This document shows positions 1 through 11,979 of a stretch of DNA of 64,000 bases, one piece after another. Each line of letters starts with the position of its first letter. The first letter of the stretch is position 1. Under the pieces are notes generated by a model. That model saw nothing but the letters and a program-made list of their open reading frames with translations, had not been told where the DNA came from and ran no database searches. Both the position numbers and the translations under genes were made by a program. The stretch comes from Phyllobates terribilis (taxonomy: Eukaryota), in NCBI RefSeq assembly GCF_046119375.1, contig NW_027362761.1, positions 534,378,001-534,442,000 on the forward strand, written 5' to 3'.

Positions 1-56
1 ACACTCATGCATAGGCGAAGGGAGTGTGGACTTGGGTCGGAGAGGATGTGGATTCC

Positions 57-200
57 TTATCGTAGGGAGTTCATCTTTTCCCTTGGAAGGAGGACCCGGG
101 TACGGGTCGTGTCGAACTGCATCCCTAGGAAGGTTAAGCGTTGGGATGGGACCAGGGAGGATTTGTCCGTTTGATCAGCCAGCCTAACCGGGAGAGAGTG
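57..200 (-). pseudogene. DIRS RT C-terminal continuation after a second frameshift
   Basis: The end of ORF 57..473 reads KSSLVPSQRLTFLGMQFDT, the canonical post-YLDD RT segment, in a different frame from the YLDD motif. Confidence 0.8.
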
Positions 201-1969
201 TTCAAGGTGATCTGGAGACTGTGGAGACAGTCCCTGAACGTGGGACCTTTGATTAACAGGTCGTCGAGGTAGGGGATGATTACAATTCCCCTTGTTCGAA
301 GAATGGCCATAACCGTCGCCATCACCTTCGTGAAAACCCTCGGGGCTGTGGCGAGGCCGAAGGGGAGGGCAGTGAACTGGTAATGCGCGTTCTTGAAGAA
401 AAAGCGTAGGAACTTCTGATGCGACGCGCAGATTGGGATGTGAAGGTATGCATCCTGAATGTCCGCTGAACATAGATATTCCCCGGCCTCCATTGAGGCG
501 ATTACCGACCTGAAGGACTCCATTCTGAACTGTCGGATGCGTACATGTCGGTTTAACTGTTTGAGGTCCAGAATCGGACGTAGTGAGCCGTCCTTTTTTG
601 GGACGACGAAGAGATTTGAGTAAAAAACGGAAAACCTTTCCTGAACGGGAACTGGGACTATGACTCCTGAGTGCAGAAGAGAAGTGATGGCTTGGAGGAA
701 ACCGGGAAGCAGATATGGTTGTGGGGGGCGGGACCTGAGAAAACGTGATCGTGGGCTGGAATCAAACTCTATTTTGTAGCCGGAAGTCACAATTTCTTTG
801 ACCCAGGCATCCTCTATTGCCGGGAGCCAAGAATCTGTGAACAGAAGGAGACGGCCGCCCACCCTGGGAGAAGTCCCAGGTGGGAGTGACCCGTCATGTT
901 GAGGAAAACCTGTTGGATCGTGATCGTGATCCAGAGGACTTGGAGGAGCGACTCTTTGGGCGCCAGATAGGTGTGGGCCTAAAGGAGGGTTTACAACTGT
1001 CCCGCTGTGTTGGAGTACGGTCCTGTTGAGAGGAGGGGTTCGGTTGAGCGAACTGACGAAAGGACCGGAACTGAAGGGGGCGTGTCTCCTAGGAAAAGGG
1101 CGTTTGGGTCTGGGCTGGGGGAGAGAGGTGCTCTTACCCCCACTAGCATCAGAGATGATCTGATCTAGCTTGGAGCCAAACAGCCTGGAACCCTGAAAAG
1201 GAAGATTAGTTAGAGATCTTTTGGAAGCTAGGTCGGCGTTCCAGGCTTTAAGCCAAAGAATTCTACGTAAGGCAACGAGATTACTGGAAACCCGGGCTGA
1301 GCATGCAGCGGAGTCGAGGGACGCCGTAAGCAGATATTTTCCGGCGTGGCCGATTTGATCAGCTAAGTCGACCAGATCGTCAGGGGAGGCCCCTGCTAGG
1401 ATGCCCTGTCTGAGCTGTTTGGCGCATGCGGACACCGCTTTTGATACCCAAGTTGAGGCGAAGGAAGGGCAAAGGGAGGTGCCCGCAGCCTCAAAGGCTG
1501 ACATAGAGAGGGCCTCAACCTGTCTATCCGTGGTATCCTTAAGGGAGGAAATATCCGGAAGAGACAGTACCGTCTTGGCGGAAAGGCGAGAGACGGGAGG
1601 ATCCGCAGATGGGGACTCCGTCCATTTGCTGACAAGGTCATGGTTAAAGGGGTATAGGACGTTTAACTGTTTCTTTCCTGTAAAGCGCTTTTCTGGATGC
1701 TCCCACTGCTTTTGAAAAACGCTGTCAAATTCTGCATGGTTAGAAAAAGTGAGTGCAGGACGCTTAATCTTTTTGAAGGAAACTAAGTAGTCCCGGGAAG
1801 GGCTCTTGTCTTCTGTAACATGCAGAGTCTGATTGACAGCCGTTATAAGGCTGTCTATCATGTCCTGGACCTTGGAATACTGGTCTGAGTCAGAACCAGA
1901 GTCTGAATCTGAAGCAGAGTTAGATCCCGGGGTGACCTCCGGGGAAGAGGTGTGAGACGCAGGGAGCAT
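134..1969 (-). pseudogene. DIRS gag (LAP2alpha-like) region joined by a frameshift to the reverse transcriptase
   Basis: The N-terminal part has DIRS gag motifs (RRILWLKAWNAD, LPFQGSRLFG). The C-terminal part is RT with YLDD. The native gag end (FRSFRQ...SFRPTPIWRP...SST*) lies in another frame from about 1075. Confidence 0.85.
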
Positions 1970-2011
1970 CTTGGAGTCTGGAGAGCTGGAGGATGAGCTT
2001 GTGTGAGTCCG

Positions 2012-2393
2012 TTACTGAGAACGTGCCGTCCGTCTGCCCCTGTGAGGAGGGGGCAGGGGTGCCTGCGAATCGTCTGTGGGGACGTTCGGAGCGCTGGTGG
2101 CCGTGGATAACATAGGCAAAAGTTCTGGCAAGCGTTCTAAGACCTGCACCAGAGATTGAGAAACCTTGGTGAGGTCAGAGACAGACTGTGACATAGCAAC
2201 AGCCCACTCCGGAGGGGAGGGGGTTACCACATCCTGAGCGGCGGGGGAATCTTGGTGCCAGCATGGCGGGAGGTTTGCAGGTCGAGCAGAAGGCCGTAGT
2301 GAGACCCGCGGGTTACTTAGTACCGCAAAGAGCACAGGCGTAGTATGTGACAATGTGAGAGGGACGGACTGAGGGCTCCCTGGGTTTGGGCAT
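2012..2393 (-). pseudogene. DIRS gag N-terminus with a C2-C2 zinc-knuckle-like motif, disrupted
   Basis: ATG at 2393 reads MPKPREPSVRPSHIVTYYACALCGTK*PAGLTTAFCSTC with an in-frame TAA, then frameshifts into PPEWAVAMSQSVSDL. Confidence 0.6.
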
Positions 2394-3521
2394 ATGTGCC
2401 TGACCAGGGATACTGCAGAGGGGAGCGCTGTGAGCAGGGAAGGGTGGGGGTGTCAGGACAGAGCCTACCCGATCCTGCAGAGAAGCGGTCCCGTGTCCCC
2501 CTGAAGGCTCTGAAGGTGAGGCTGGAGCGGGTCACAGTAGGTGCCTGACGGAGTAGGGAGCGGCGTGCGGCAGAGTGATGGCGTCGTACAGAGGACGCTC
2601 GTGGATGACGGAGCGTGCGAGGTTCCGATAGGCAGATGGGAAGGGGGCGGGCTTGAGAGGCCCCGCGATGATAGGTCCACGGAAGGCACGAGGGCGTGAC
2701 GGAAGCGTCACTATGCTCCTCGGCCCTGGATGGTCAAATAGGAGGGGGCATATAGCCGCCGGAGTGGGACCGCCCACCGGACATGCACGGCATTATGGAG
2801 AAGAAGGAAGAAGTGGCCCAGGGAAGCGCTGTTTGGTGAGAGGGGGGAGGAAGGCGGCTAGCGCCGGGGCGCTGGGACCTGCAGCTGAAAGGAAGGGAAG
2901 TACCTGTCCTAGCGGGTCCGGGAATCGTCCCTTCCTTTCTCCTCCTGAGGATGGTCTCAGGATGCCTTCCTGGATAGGGGGGGATCCTGGCTTTTCCTCC
3001 TTTCCGCACTGTCCGGTCCTGGACAGTGCAGGAGACGGTGTGAACCCCAGAAAACTGGGGGAAGGTCACCCGCAGGGACCACCGTCTCCCTCCCTGGCCG
3101 CTCCGAGGAGGGGGCTGGGGTGGGGAACAGGCTAGGACTGGCCACCGAAATCACCCTGAGACACCCTAAGGTGACAGGGGATAAGTCCTGCCCAGCGGGT
3201 CCAAGAGTGGGCGATGTGGGGGTAGCCACATTGCTCTCTCGGTCGCTAGTGGGTTAACAGGGGACGCATTGTTCCCTGTTAGCCTGAAGAGCTGCATCTG
3301 AAAGAGAAAAAACAAACATTAATAAAACACAACAGGGTTGGATCAGTAGGATCCAGGTCTACCTCCTACAGACACTAAGCTTAAACTGGTGAGCTTGGTG
3401 CCTGTAGGCGGGTGCAAACTGCGAAGGAGGAGCTATTTTCCTTTTTTTGCATAGTATCAACCTCCTAGCGACAGCAGCATACACCCATGGTCCTGTGTCC
3501 CCCAATGAAGCGATAGAGAAA

Positions 3522-4430
3522 TGTTTTTTTTTCCTCTGCCGAGATAATCTTATAAATGTGCCCCTGCTGTGTACTGTGTAACGGCTGTGTCTCACCGAAC
3601 AGGAACATGGTCTGATCATACCACATCTCCTGGGCAGGGGAGGAAGCAAAAGAGTATACAGACAGGACAGCATGGGATCACAGCTGATTCTTTTTGTGAG
3701 GTAAAACATTTCCCGCCTGTGATCCCCTGCTGTCATGTCTGTATAATCTTTTGCTTCCTCCCCTGCCTTCCCTCTGACGCAAGCCGCAGTGCACCACTGG
3801 GTGATGGCGGCCTTGGCGCACGGGCGCACCGGAAGTGATGCACGCCGCGGTGCCCTCTGGGAGCGGCGCGTTTGAACACGCACGCAGGAACCGGGATGCC
3901 CAGCAAAAGAAAGCGTTGGGGGGAGGGATGGACTCCCCTGTGGGGGGCATCCCCCATGCTGAAAGGTGCACAGGTGGACAAGCCAGGTGAGGGAAGCCCA
4001 GGTATGCACACTGACCCAGGGCTCAGGAAGCCCAGGCATACTCACTGACCTGGGCCCCAGAAGCCCAGGCATACTCACTGACCTGGGCCCCGACACCACT
4101 GGAGAACGCGGCGGCTCCGGTCTTCTCCTGCGCTGCGTCTCCCTGCCACCCTAGAGGCCCACTGACCCCAGCGTTGGCGCTACAGGACACCGCACCAGCC
4201 GAGGCAGGGAACCCCCGCTGCCTGAACCGGTCTGGCCGGGCCTGTTAAGTCCATCTTCTATCTTTCTTTCTTTTTCCTTTCTTTCCTTCTTCTTTCTGTA
4301 GGTCCCCGTCAAGGACAGGAAACCAACTGATGCGGGAGAGAAGAGCCGCCCTTTTTATCTGTAGGTTTCCTGTCCTTGAAGGGCGGATCCCCTATCTCTC
4401 CGTGGTGCCGTCATGGGGGAAGGAGAAAAA
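3522..4430 (-). mobile_element. Second DIRS-like (non-coding 5') element abutting the first
   Basis: The minus strand starts TTTTTCTCCTTCCCCCATGACGGCACC. A perfect 16-bp inverted repeat (4309-4324/4364-4379) sits next to AACTG, the same terminal architecture as the first DIRS. About 3 copies of a ~33-bp repeat occur at 3990-4090. Confidence 0.55.
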
Positions 4431-5091
4431 GTAGGCTTTGCTGATTTTTTTGCTGCATTTCTATTGTTTCTTGTGCATGCTGACAAAGTTTAGTTCCCCA
4501 CCACCAAAAAAGTTGCTTTCTATGGGTGCAAAACCGCTGAAAGAAGCGACATGCTGTAGCTTGCCAAATCAGTCAGGAAAAAAACCCAAGAGATTTCTGA
4601 AATCTCACTGCTTTTGCTGGTACTGTAAAACGTAGCTTAAAATTTGCATTAAAAAATGCAGCAAAAATGCAACGTGTGAACATAACCATGAGCCTCCATT
4701 GCTGGTTCTCTCATTTTCACCAAAATGAACAAATAGCAGCATGTGGCGCTAGTTCCTCAGAAACTCCACAAACCCAATTCTAGACACTGTAGTCTGTCGG
4801 GAGCCATTTGTGTCTGTCGTGCGATGAATCCGTTTGCAGTTATAGAAACAGAAAAACGGATTTCCTAACGCAGGCGTGAAACCAGTTTTTGGTTACAGCC
4901 TCCAGGTCATAGCCTGGCCTATAGTGTAAGTGACGACTGACTGATAATAAGGACATTCTGTACTGATCATAGGGGGAACCTATCCTACAGGCGCTATAAA
5001 CCCGACCGTAACAGCACATCTGTACGCTGGAGGCAGCAATACATTATGTATAGACTTCTGCATTGTAGACTTGTAATGTGGCAAACCTCAC

Positions 5092-5167
5092 CATGATGTG
5101 GAGACAAAGTTCCTCTAAAGGTACCCGTAATATCTCTGGAACTGAGTAATCCATAAAACTGTGAAAT
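5092..5167 (-). CDS. DHX29: DHX29 coding exon 20
   Basis: FHSFMDYSVPEILRVPLEELCLHIM; 76 nt; donor ATG|GTGAGG. Confidence 0.95.
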
Positions 5168-5574
5168 CTGTGGGGAAAAACATGCAGGTAACATTGAATG
5201 TGCAGTACAATATAGGAGACAAGGCAGTGAAGAGGGTCGTTTGCATCAAGAAAATCAAAGGGTTCCCCAAACAACAGCAGCCATGACAAATGACAAAATC
5301 AAATTTCGTTCCCTGCTGCTGCTCCTGACTCTGTTTTGGCTGCCAATACGTCACATTGACAGCACGCATCACCGCTGCAGCCACTCACTGAGCTCACAAC
5401 GATATAGACGACACAAGCTGCTGAGCTCAGCGACTGGCTGCAGTGGTGATGTGTGCTGTCAACATGATATCATTGCTACAGCCAAAAAACAGGGACAAAG
5501 GCAGAGGACCCAAGGAGAGGGAGTACTATCTATTATTGAAATTTCACATGACTGCTGTTGGGTGACTTTCTTAA

Positions 5575-5941
5575 AAGGGTTATTCCCATCTCCAAGATCC
5601 TATCCCAATGTGTAATAGGTGTAATAATAATAATATTAGCAAACCCCTCCAATTAGAAATGTAGTATAGTTCTTCTCATTAGCTATGTCGCTTACACCAT
5701 ATGCACGGTGCTTTGCAATAGCTTAAGTATCCATGGTTACGACCACTCATATAGTGACAATTAGTTAGCTGTTAGTGGTTGTAACCATGGATACCTAAGC
5801 TACTGCATTGCCCTGCACATGGGGTAAGCGACAGTGAATCAGAAGAACTACACTACATTTCTAATTGGAGGTGTTTCCTAATATTATTATGGTTACACCT
5901 ACTACATATTGGGATAGGATCTTTGAGATGGGAATACCCCT
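5575..5941. mobile_element. Palindromic TTAA-flanked MITE (T2/Kolobok-like), family A copy 1
   Basis: TTAA|AAGGGTTATTCCCATCTCCAAG...GATGGGAATACCCCT|TTAA; near whole-length self-complementarity. Confidence 0.85.
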
Positions 5942-6511
5942 TTAAGTGTAAAACCATTTTAATACAGTGGGGTGGACAGGTCCTGTAGACAATGCTGGGT
6001 TTTATCCTTTAATTTTATAAATTGACAGTCGCAAGACCTAAAATACTTTATGCTACCAATGCAAATGAGGTCTCCAGGAAAATCAAGCAAATAGGCATAT
6101 TAAGTGATCAAGCAAATAGGCATATTAAGTGGTAGTGTGTGTGTCTTTTCTTTGCCTGTGATTCCTTTGAAGTGCAACTAAATGTTTGCTTTTATTTTTT
6201 ATATGTTGTTGTTCTCTTAAATTGCGAGTAGATCGCAGGGGTCCAGATCCTAAGACCCCAACTAATTGCTCAAAAACTCCCAGAGAGTTGTGTAGCTCCT
6301 GCCTTAGTGAGCGCACACAGAGTGGGGTACTGACGCAGCCTCCGCTTTCTACTGCATCCATGCACAGGCTCGTAAGCTGTGCACTTCTCTTGGCATTTTT
6401 GAGCTATGAGTTTAGGGTCTAATGATCAAGACCCCCACCTATCTATGTGCAATTAAGAGAACAACAATATATATAAAAAAAAAAACAAGAAAATGTGTGG
6501 GTACTCTTTAA

Positions 6512-7232
6512 GGCGCACCTGTCAGCAGTATTGTGCTTAGTAAACCACATACACTGTCTGGTGGGTGCCATTACACTGAGTAAAAATGATACCTTAGTTG
6601 ATTAAATCCGTCCAGTAGATCTTTTATAATCTTTATTTTCAGTTCTGCCATAATGATATGCTCGTGCTCTGGGGCGGGACGTTAGGGAGGGGCTGTAACT
6701 GGTGCTCTCATTATGTATGCCTATCTATGGCCTCTGACAGGTCATTGTGCTTTTAGTGACCAGCCAACTATTTTAAATACTGCCTTTGTAATTTCTGTGG
6801 CAAACATAAAATTTACATACAACGAAATGGCCCCCACCGTGTGCGCATGTGCAGTAGCATCTCTCAGTTGCTGAGAGATGCTACTGCGCACGCACCATTT
6901 TGCTTTCGGAAAAAGAATTTGGATGCAGCAATATGGCACCGCGCATGCGCAGTAACACAATGGCAGTATTTAAAATAGTAAGCAGGTCACTGAAGGCACA
7001 GTGACCTGTCAGAGGCCAGAGATAGGAATATATAATGAGAGCAACAGCTACAGCCCCTCCCCAAAGGCCACCCAGAAGCACGAGCATCTCATTATGGCAG
7101 AAATTAAAGTAAAGATTATAAAAGAACCACTGGATGGATTTCATCAACAAAGGTATCATTTTACTCAGTGTAACGGCGCCCACCTGACAGTGTATGTGGT
7201 TTACGAAGCACAATCCTGCTGACAAGTGCGCT
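6512..7232. mobile_element. Palindromic TTAA-flanked MITE
   Basis: TTAA|GGCGCACCTGTCAGCAG...CTGCTGACAAGTGCGCT|TTAA. Confidence 0.75.
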
Positions 7233-7335
7233 TTAAGCCTATTTGCATTGGTGGGAAAAAAAAAAAGATGTGTGTGTGTGTGGGGGGGGGGGGGGTTTAG
7301 GACCTCAGTTCTGCTGAAAAAGAATTCATAAGATC

Positions 7336-7615
7336 GGGCAGCACGGTGGCTCAGAGGATAGCACTGCAGCCTAGCAGCGCAGGGGTCCTGGGTTCAAATC
7401 CCACCAAGGACAACAGGAGTCTGTATGTTCTCCCCGTGTTTGCGTGGGTTCCCTCCAGGTTCTCCGGTTTCCTCCCACACTCCAAAGACATAATGATAGA
7501 GAATATAGATTGTGAGCCCCAATGGGGACAGTGCCCATAAATATCTGTAAATTGTCTGAATTGTAAAGCGCTGCGGAATATGTTGGCGCTATATAAAGAA
7601 AAAGATTATTATTAT
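7336..7615 (+). mobile_element. tRNA-derived V-SINE-like element
   Basis: A-box GGTGGCTCAGAGG and B-box GGTTCAAATCC; V-domain TTCTCCCCGTGTTTGCGTGGGTT...CTCCGGTTTCCTCCCACA; (TTA)n tail. Confidence 0.85.
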
Positions 7616-7844
7616 CAAGCGGTGCCATAACTTCCAGTCTTGATCATTCCTATGTGTTTTTATTTTTAAATCCTAGTGTTAGTGGAGACTTCATTTTTAG
7701 GGAGTAAATTCAGCATGTGCAGGTGGATTTTATAAGACTTCATTCCAATCTGGATGCACAGCTTATTCCATCTCCTTCTCCCCTTGGGCGATGGGTTTCC
7801 AACATTTTGATCTCTTTCACATCTAATGCATAGTATGAAATTAA

Positions 7845-8201
7845 AGGGGTATTCACATCTCCAAGATCCTATCCAAAAATGTAGTAGTGTAATAATAATA
7901 TTAGCAAATACCTCCAATTAGAAATGTAGTATAGTTCTTCTGAATTGCTATGTCGCTTATCCCATGTGCAGGGCATTTCAGTAGCTTAGCTATCCATGGT
8001 TATTACCACTCATATAGTGACAGTTGCTAGTGGTCATAACCATGGATATCTAAGCAACTGCAATGCCCTGCACATGGGGTAAGCGACATAGCAATTCAGA
8101 AGAACTATACTACATTTCTAATTGGAGGGATTTGCTAATATTATTATTTTTATTACATCTACTACATATTGGGATAGGATCTTGGAGAATGGAATACCCC
8201 T
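7845..8201. mobile_element. TTAA-flanked MITE family A copy 2
   Basis: Same termini and body as 5575-5941. Confidence 0.85.
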
Positions 8202-8325
8202 TTAACCTCTTATACATCAACTCTATGCTCTAAGCTTGTATGTATGTGACCTAGGCCACATGATTTTTTTAAAATGCATAGTATTAAAACAGATACACAA
8301 ACACAGTAAAATACAACTCATTTAT

Positions 8326-8550
8326 AGGGGTTGTCCACTACTCCACCCACCCTTTTGTAGTTACTGCAGTGCATTGAATAAAAGTGGCTCCAAGTGCCAC
8401 TGATAGGCTGGAGCGCTCACGTGACATGAACAAGGTTACAAAATCGCAAGGGGACACATCGTTCACTCCAGGAGGTAAATCTGCTATTTTTTTTTCCATT
8501 CAGCAAACTGGGTGCAATCAAAAGTGGTTAATCAGTAGTGGACAACCCCT
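8326..8550. mobile_element. TTAA-type MITE
   Basis: TIR AGGGGTTGTCCACTAC / GTAGTGGACAACCCCT|TTAA. Confidence 0.75.
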
Positions 8551-8615
8551 TTAAAACCCATTAGTTTTACTCTTTACATTTTTTTTTTTAAAGGGGTTAG
8601 TAGATTATATCAACT

Positions 8616-9059
8616 TACATAGTTTATAAGGCCGAAAAAAGACAAGCGTCCATCCAGTTCAGCCTATTTCTTGTGCACTGCAGCTATTCCGCAGCGTTGA
8701 TCCAGGGAAAGGCAACAAAAAACCCATGCGGTATAGGCCAATTTACATCATTGAGGAAAAACTCACTTCCCGACACCAATCTGGCAGTCAGATTAAATCC
8801 CTGGATTAATTAACTAAGCATAAAATGTAATTTTATTGTTCTCAAGAAAGGCGTCCAGGCCTCTCTTGAACTCATTAAGTGAGTTGGACATCACCACTTC
8901 CTCTCCCAGAGAGTTCCAGAGTCTCACGGCTCTGACCGTAAAGAATACCCTTCTATGCTGGTGCAAGAACCTCCTTTCCTCCAGACGCATAGTGTGCCCC
9001 CTCGTCTTTGTCACCATCCTTGGTATAAACAGGTCATGGGAGAGATCTCTGTACTTCAT
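8616..9059 (-). mobile_element. CR1 LINE 3' fragment
   Basis: ORF2 C-terminus TRGH...FFTVRAVRLWNSL...EFKRGLD followed by the CR1 3' UTR GGCTGAACTGGATGGAC...TTTTTTC. Confidence 0.88.
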
Positions 9060-9480
9060 AATTTACATGCAACGTTGTCCCCGAGGTCCCGGATGACGAG
9101 CCTTCAATGTAGGATTGCATGCAATTTTTTTTTTTTTTTTTTTAACAGGTCTTTTAAAAAATGAGAGCAGGAATCTCGTTGGTTGCGATGGGCCGGCTGC
9201 TCAATTTTTCTTTTCCACTATTTATGATGTTTCGCCTCCATCCTCTCCACACAGATAATGCAACAAATCCTAGCTTAGTGAAAATTTTGGAAAGTCTATT
9301 TAAAGGAATATAGCCCCTCAGTGTTACTACTGAGGATTTTTTTTTTATATATACACACCCCCTTCAGCGGCCAACCTAAAAGAGTGTGAAGCTGGTATTA
9401 ACCCTAGTTAATGCAAAAACAACGTTTGAGTTGTAATTTCAGATAATATTAGTTGCACAAGACCAGATAAGCTTCTTTAC

Positions 9481-9609
9481 CTTTCTTTGGTGTACAGTCG
9501 GAAACAGAAGCCATCGCGGACCCGACCGGCCCGTCCTTGCCGCTGCAGCGCGCTGGCTTTACTTATAAAGGTCTCCACCAGGGAACTCATCTGACTGCTC
9601 TCATGATAT
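9481..9609 (-). CDS. DHX29: DHX29 coding exon 19 (motif VI)
   Basis: YHESSQMSSLVETFISKASALQRQGRAGRVRDGFCFRLYTKE; 129 nt. Confidence 0.96.
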
Positions 9610-9890
9610 CTAGAAGGAAGGATCCCGCGTCACAGCTTATTACAATACAGCACATCCGATCATTCCGTCTAAATCTTATAAAAAGGAGAAATGACAACAA
9701 CTTTTGTCCATTATCGGAATGGATACACAGCTTTCCCGGACCCTTGACTTGACAATCAGCATAAATATGCAGCAATCATAGATTCGTGTTTTTTTTTTTA
9801 TTATTATTATTTTAGATTGCAATGGTCAAAAAATAAAGGAAAAAAAGAAATAAAGGAAAGTTTAAAAAAAACCGGATGTGTGCACGTCAC

Positions 9891-9979
9891 CTATTTTCCT
9901 TAGTTCTTCCAGCATCTACGACAAATACCACATCTGGGATGGTGATGCCCGTTTCAGCAATGTTTGTTGCCAGCACTAT
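9891..9979 (-). CDS. DHX29: DHX29 coding exon 18
   Basis: [29 protein letters not shown]; 89 nt. Confidence 0.96.
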
Positions 9980-10201
9980 CTGTAATTAAGAGGAATGAAA
10001 AGAATAAATGCTGTTAAAGAATAAGCCCCATTATACAAGAAAAATGACAGTGGTGCAGGATATGGCAGTATAAAACCTCTTCTGAATCTGATCACTGGTG
10101 AACATTGATACATACAGCATTTGTATGGCATGACTATGTGTAAAAGCAAATAAAATGTTTCATCTGGGAAATCTATTTTGGTTTTCCTTGGAAATTTTTA
10201 C

Positions 10202-10286
10202 CTTTCTTGTTCCTGCTGGAGGAAGTACGAACGCTTCAGCCTGGTCCTGACTGGAAAGGATGGAGTGCAGAGCTATCAACTTGTAC
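10202..10286 (-). CDS. DHX29: DHX29 coding exon 17
   Basis: YKLIALHSILSSQDQAEAFVLPPAGTRK; 85 nt. Confidence 0.95.
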
Positions 10287-10387
10287 CTTAAAAGTTAAAA
10301 AAATCAGATGAGCATTGACCCAAACAATGTAATCACAAATATATGATAGGACGAGTAAAATAGCTTATTAGCAGTAAAGTAATTTAA

Positions 10388-10763
10388 GAGGACCTGTCAC
10401 CAAATCATAAAAGTGGGCAGTTTTTGCTCTTACATTATGCCTGCTGCTCCTCGGAGTATTCTAGTTTTTTTACTTTTTTTTTTAAATCCGCCTTACGGAT
10501 CCAGAGATATGGGCCTTTTTATTTAGTGCTAATTTTTATGGTGTTTACAAGGGAGCGTGGCTCACAGCAGCCTAAAGACCCGCCCCGAGGATCCTGTAAG
10601 CACCGCCTCCTTGGCAAAAACCATCAAAATGAGCACTAAATATAAAGGTCCATATCTCTGGACTCGTATGGTGGATTTAAAAAAAGGAAAAAACACGGTG
10701 TAAAGAGGGGAGCAGTAAATAAGAGCAAAAATTGGCCACTTTTGACCTGGTGACAGGTTCTCT
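10388..10763. mobile_element. TTAA-flanked MITE
   Basis: GAGGACCTGTCACCA...TGGTGACAGGTTCTCT|TTAA. Confidence 0.75.
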
Positions 10764-11428
10764 TTAAAGAAGAGTATATTGTGAAAGCTCTAGTGCCAAT
10801 CCCAATACAGAGCCGGTCTGGGATGGTGATTTACTGATGATTCAGGACAGTTTTGTGGACCTGAGTGAACAACTCCCCAAAATTTGCAAGTAACTTTGTC
10901 TGATTTCCTCTACAATTAGACAGTCCTGTGTGACACAGCAGGTTACCTGGTCACATTTCAGGTCATGAGAGTGAGTATGGACTCCCATGCACGCTCTGTT
11001 TGGTACAGTATGCACGTGGCTGCAATAGGAGGGTTGGGATAAACTGCTGCCAAACACCTTCTGCAATGTCCAGCTGATGCAGAGGGAGGACTTCATACAC
11101 TACTGGGGCCCAGAATTATTATAATCATATAATGTAGTTATACAATGTAGTAGAGAGGAGCAGAAACATTGGCACTACCCAGGTCTGGCATCCACTTGAA
11201 CACTCGGACCAGGACAGTGCAAACATTAATGCCTGCGTCCCGAGTGTCCGATACCATTACTAGGCCCCTGCGACATGGTGGGGGGCTTAGTGACTAGGCC
11301 CCACATGATATCATTATGGTGCAGGAGCCGCCCAGGATGCCGGCGTTCACGTGCTGTGCACTGCTCTGTCCCAGCCGCCATGCAGGCAGCTGCAAATCTC
11401 TGCAATGCAGATTTCTACAGTCCATTAC

Positions 11429-11549
11429 CTCCTCCTGTCATTAAACCTCTTGTCAGAAGATAGAAGGTCATAAAGTTGCTGAATATCAGCCAGGCCGGGT
11501 AAGAAGATCAGCACTGCTCCCTCTACATTTCTGTACTGTGCACTTCTGT
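11429..11549 (-). CDS. DHX29: DHX29 coding exon 16
   Basis: (D)RSAQYRNVEGAVLIFLPGLADIQQLYDLL...; 121 nt. Confidence 0.95.
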
Positions 11550-11979
11550 CTGGTGGGAGGAAAAAAGCAGAGAATTCAGTAACAAAGCAATGACATTGGG
11601 AGAAAAAGTCCTAAAAAGACTGTGGTAAGCAAAAGGGGGAACATCAATGTCCTGACAGGTTTAATGGCAAAACAAAAATCCTGAAATCTCCCATCAATAG
11701 GCTGTTAATCATTCCCAGTCAGACGCTGTCCATCGGTGCTGGCCGACTATCATGAACGACCTAAAAGCAGGCAGTGTAAACAGGCCATCACCCGATAAAC
11801 AAGTAAAACGTTCCTTTGTTAGGAGAAATTATTTTTAAGCTTGCTCAACAATCAATGTTCTCAACAGCACATTGTCAAGTATAAACAGAACATGTGCTGC
11901 TGAGAAACATGACGATCCAAGAGCACAGAATGATCTATTACTGATCGCTCTGTGAGCATGAGAAATGCAGTCTGAGATA

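Larger units (their letters stand above)
1..3521 (-). mobile_element. DIRS1-like tyrosine-recombinase retrotransposon, 5' half, degenerate; continues left of the window; sits in DHX29 intron 20
   Basis: The minus strand begins TTTCTCTATCGCTTCATTGGGGGACACAGG at 3521, a DIRS-type terminus with a GACACTAAGC/GCTTAGTGTC-like hairpin. A gag-like ORF and an RT ORF follow (VGGRL, FYSNLFVVPKKDG, LRPILDL, YQFTALPFGL, YLDD). The YR ORF is not in the window. Confidence 0.9.

Noticed and set aside
3359-4099. 246-aa ORF and overlapping ORFs in the DIRS leaders
   Set aside because: GC-rich repeat sequence open in several frames, with no recognisable domain.
4431-5091. DHX29 exon 21 (KCNLGSPEDFL...)
   Set aside because: Not found by eye in any minus frame; presumably beyond the DIRS, left of the window.
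7336-7410. tRNA gene
   Set aside because: The A/B boxes continue into a V-SINE body and tail, with no complete cloverleaf or terminator.
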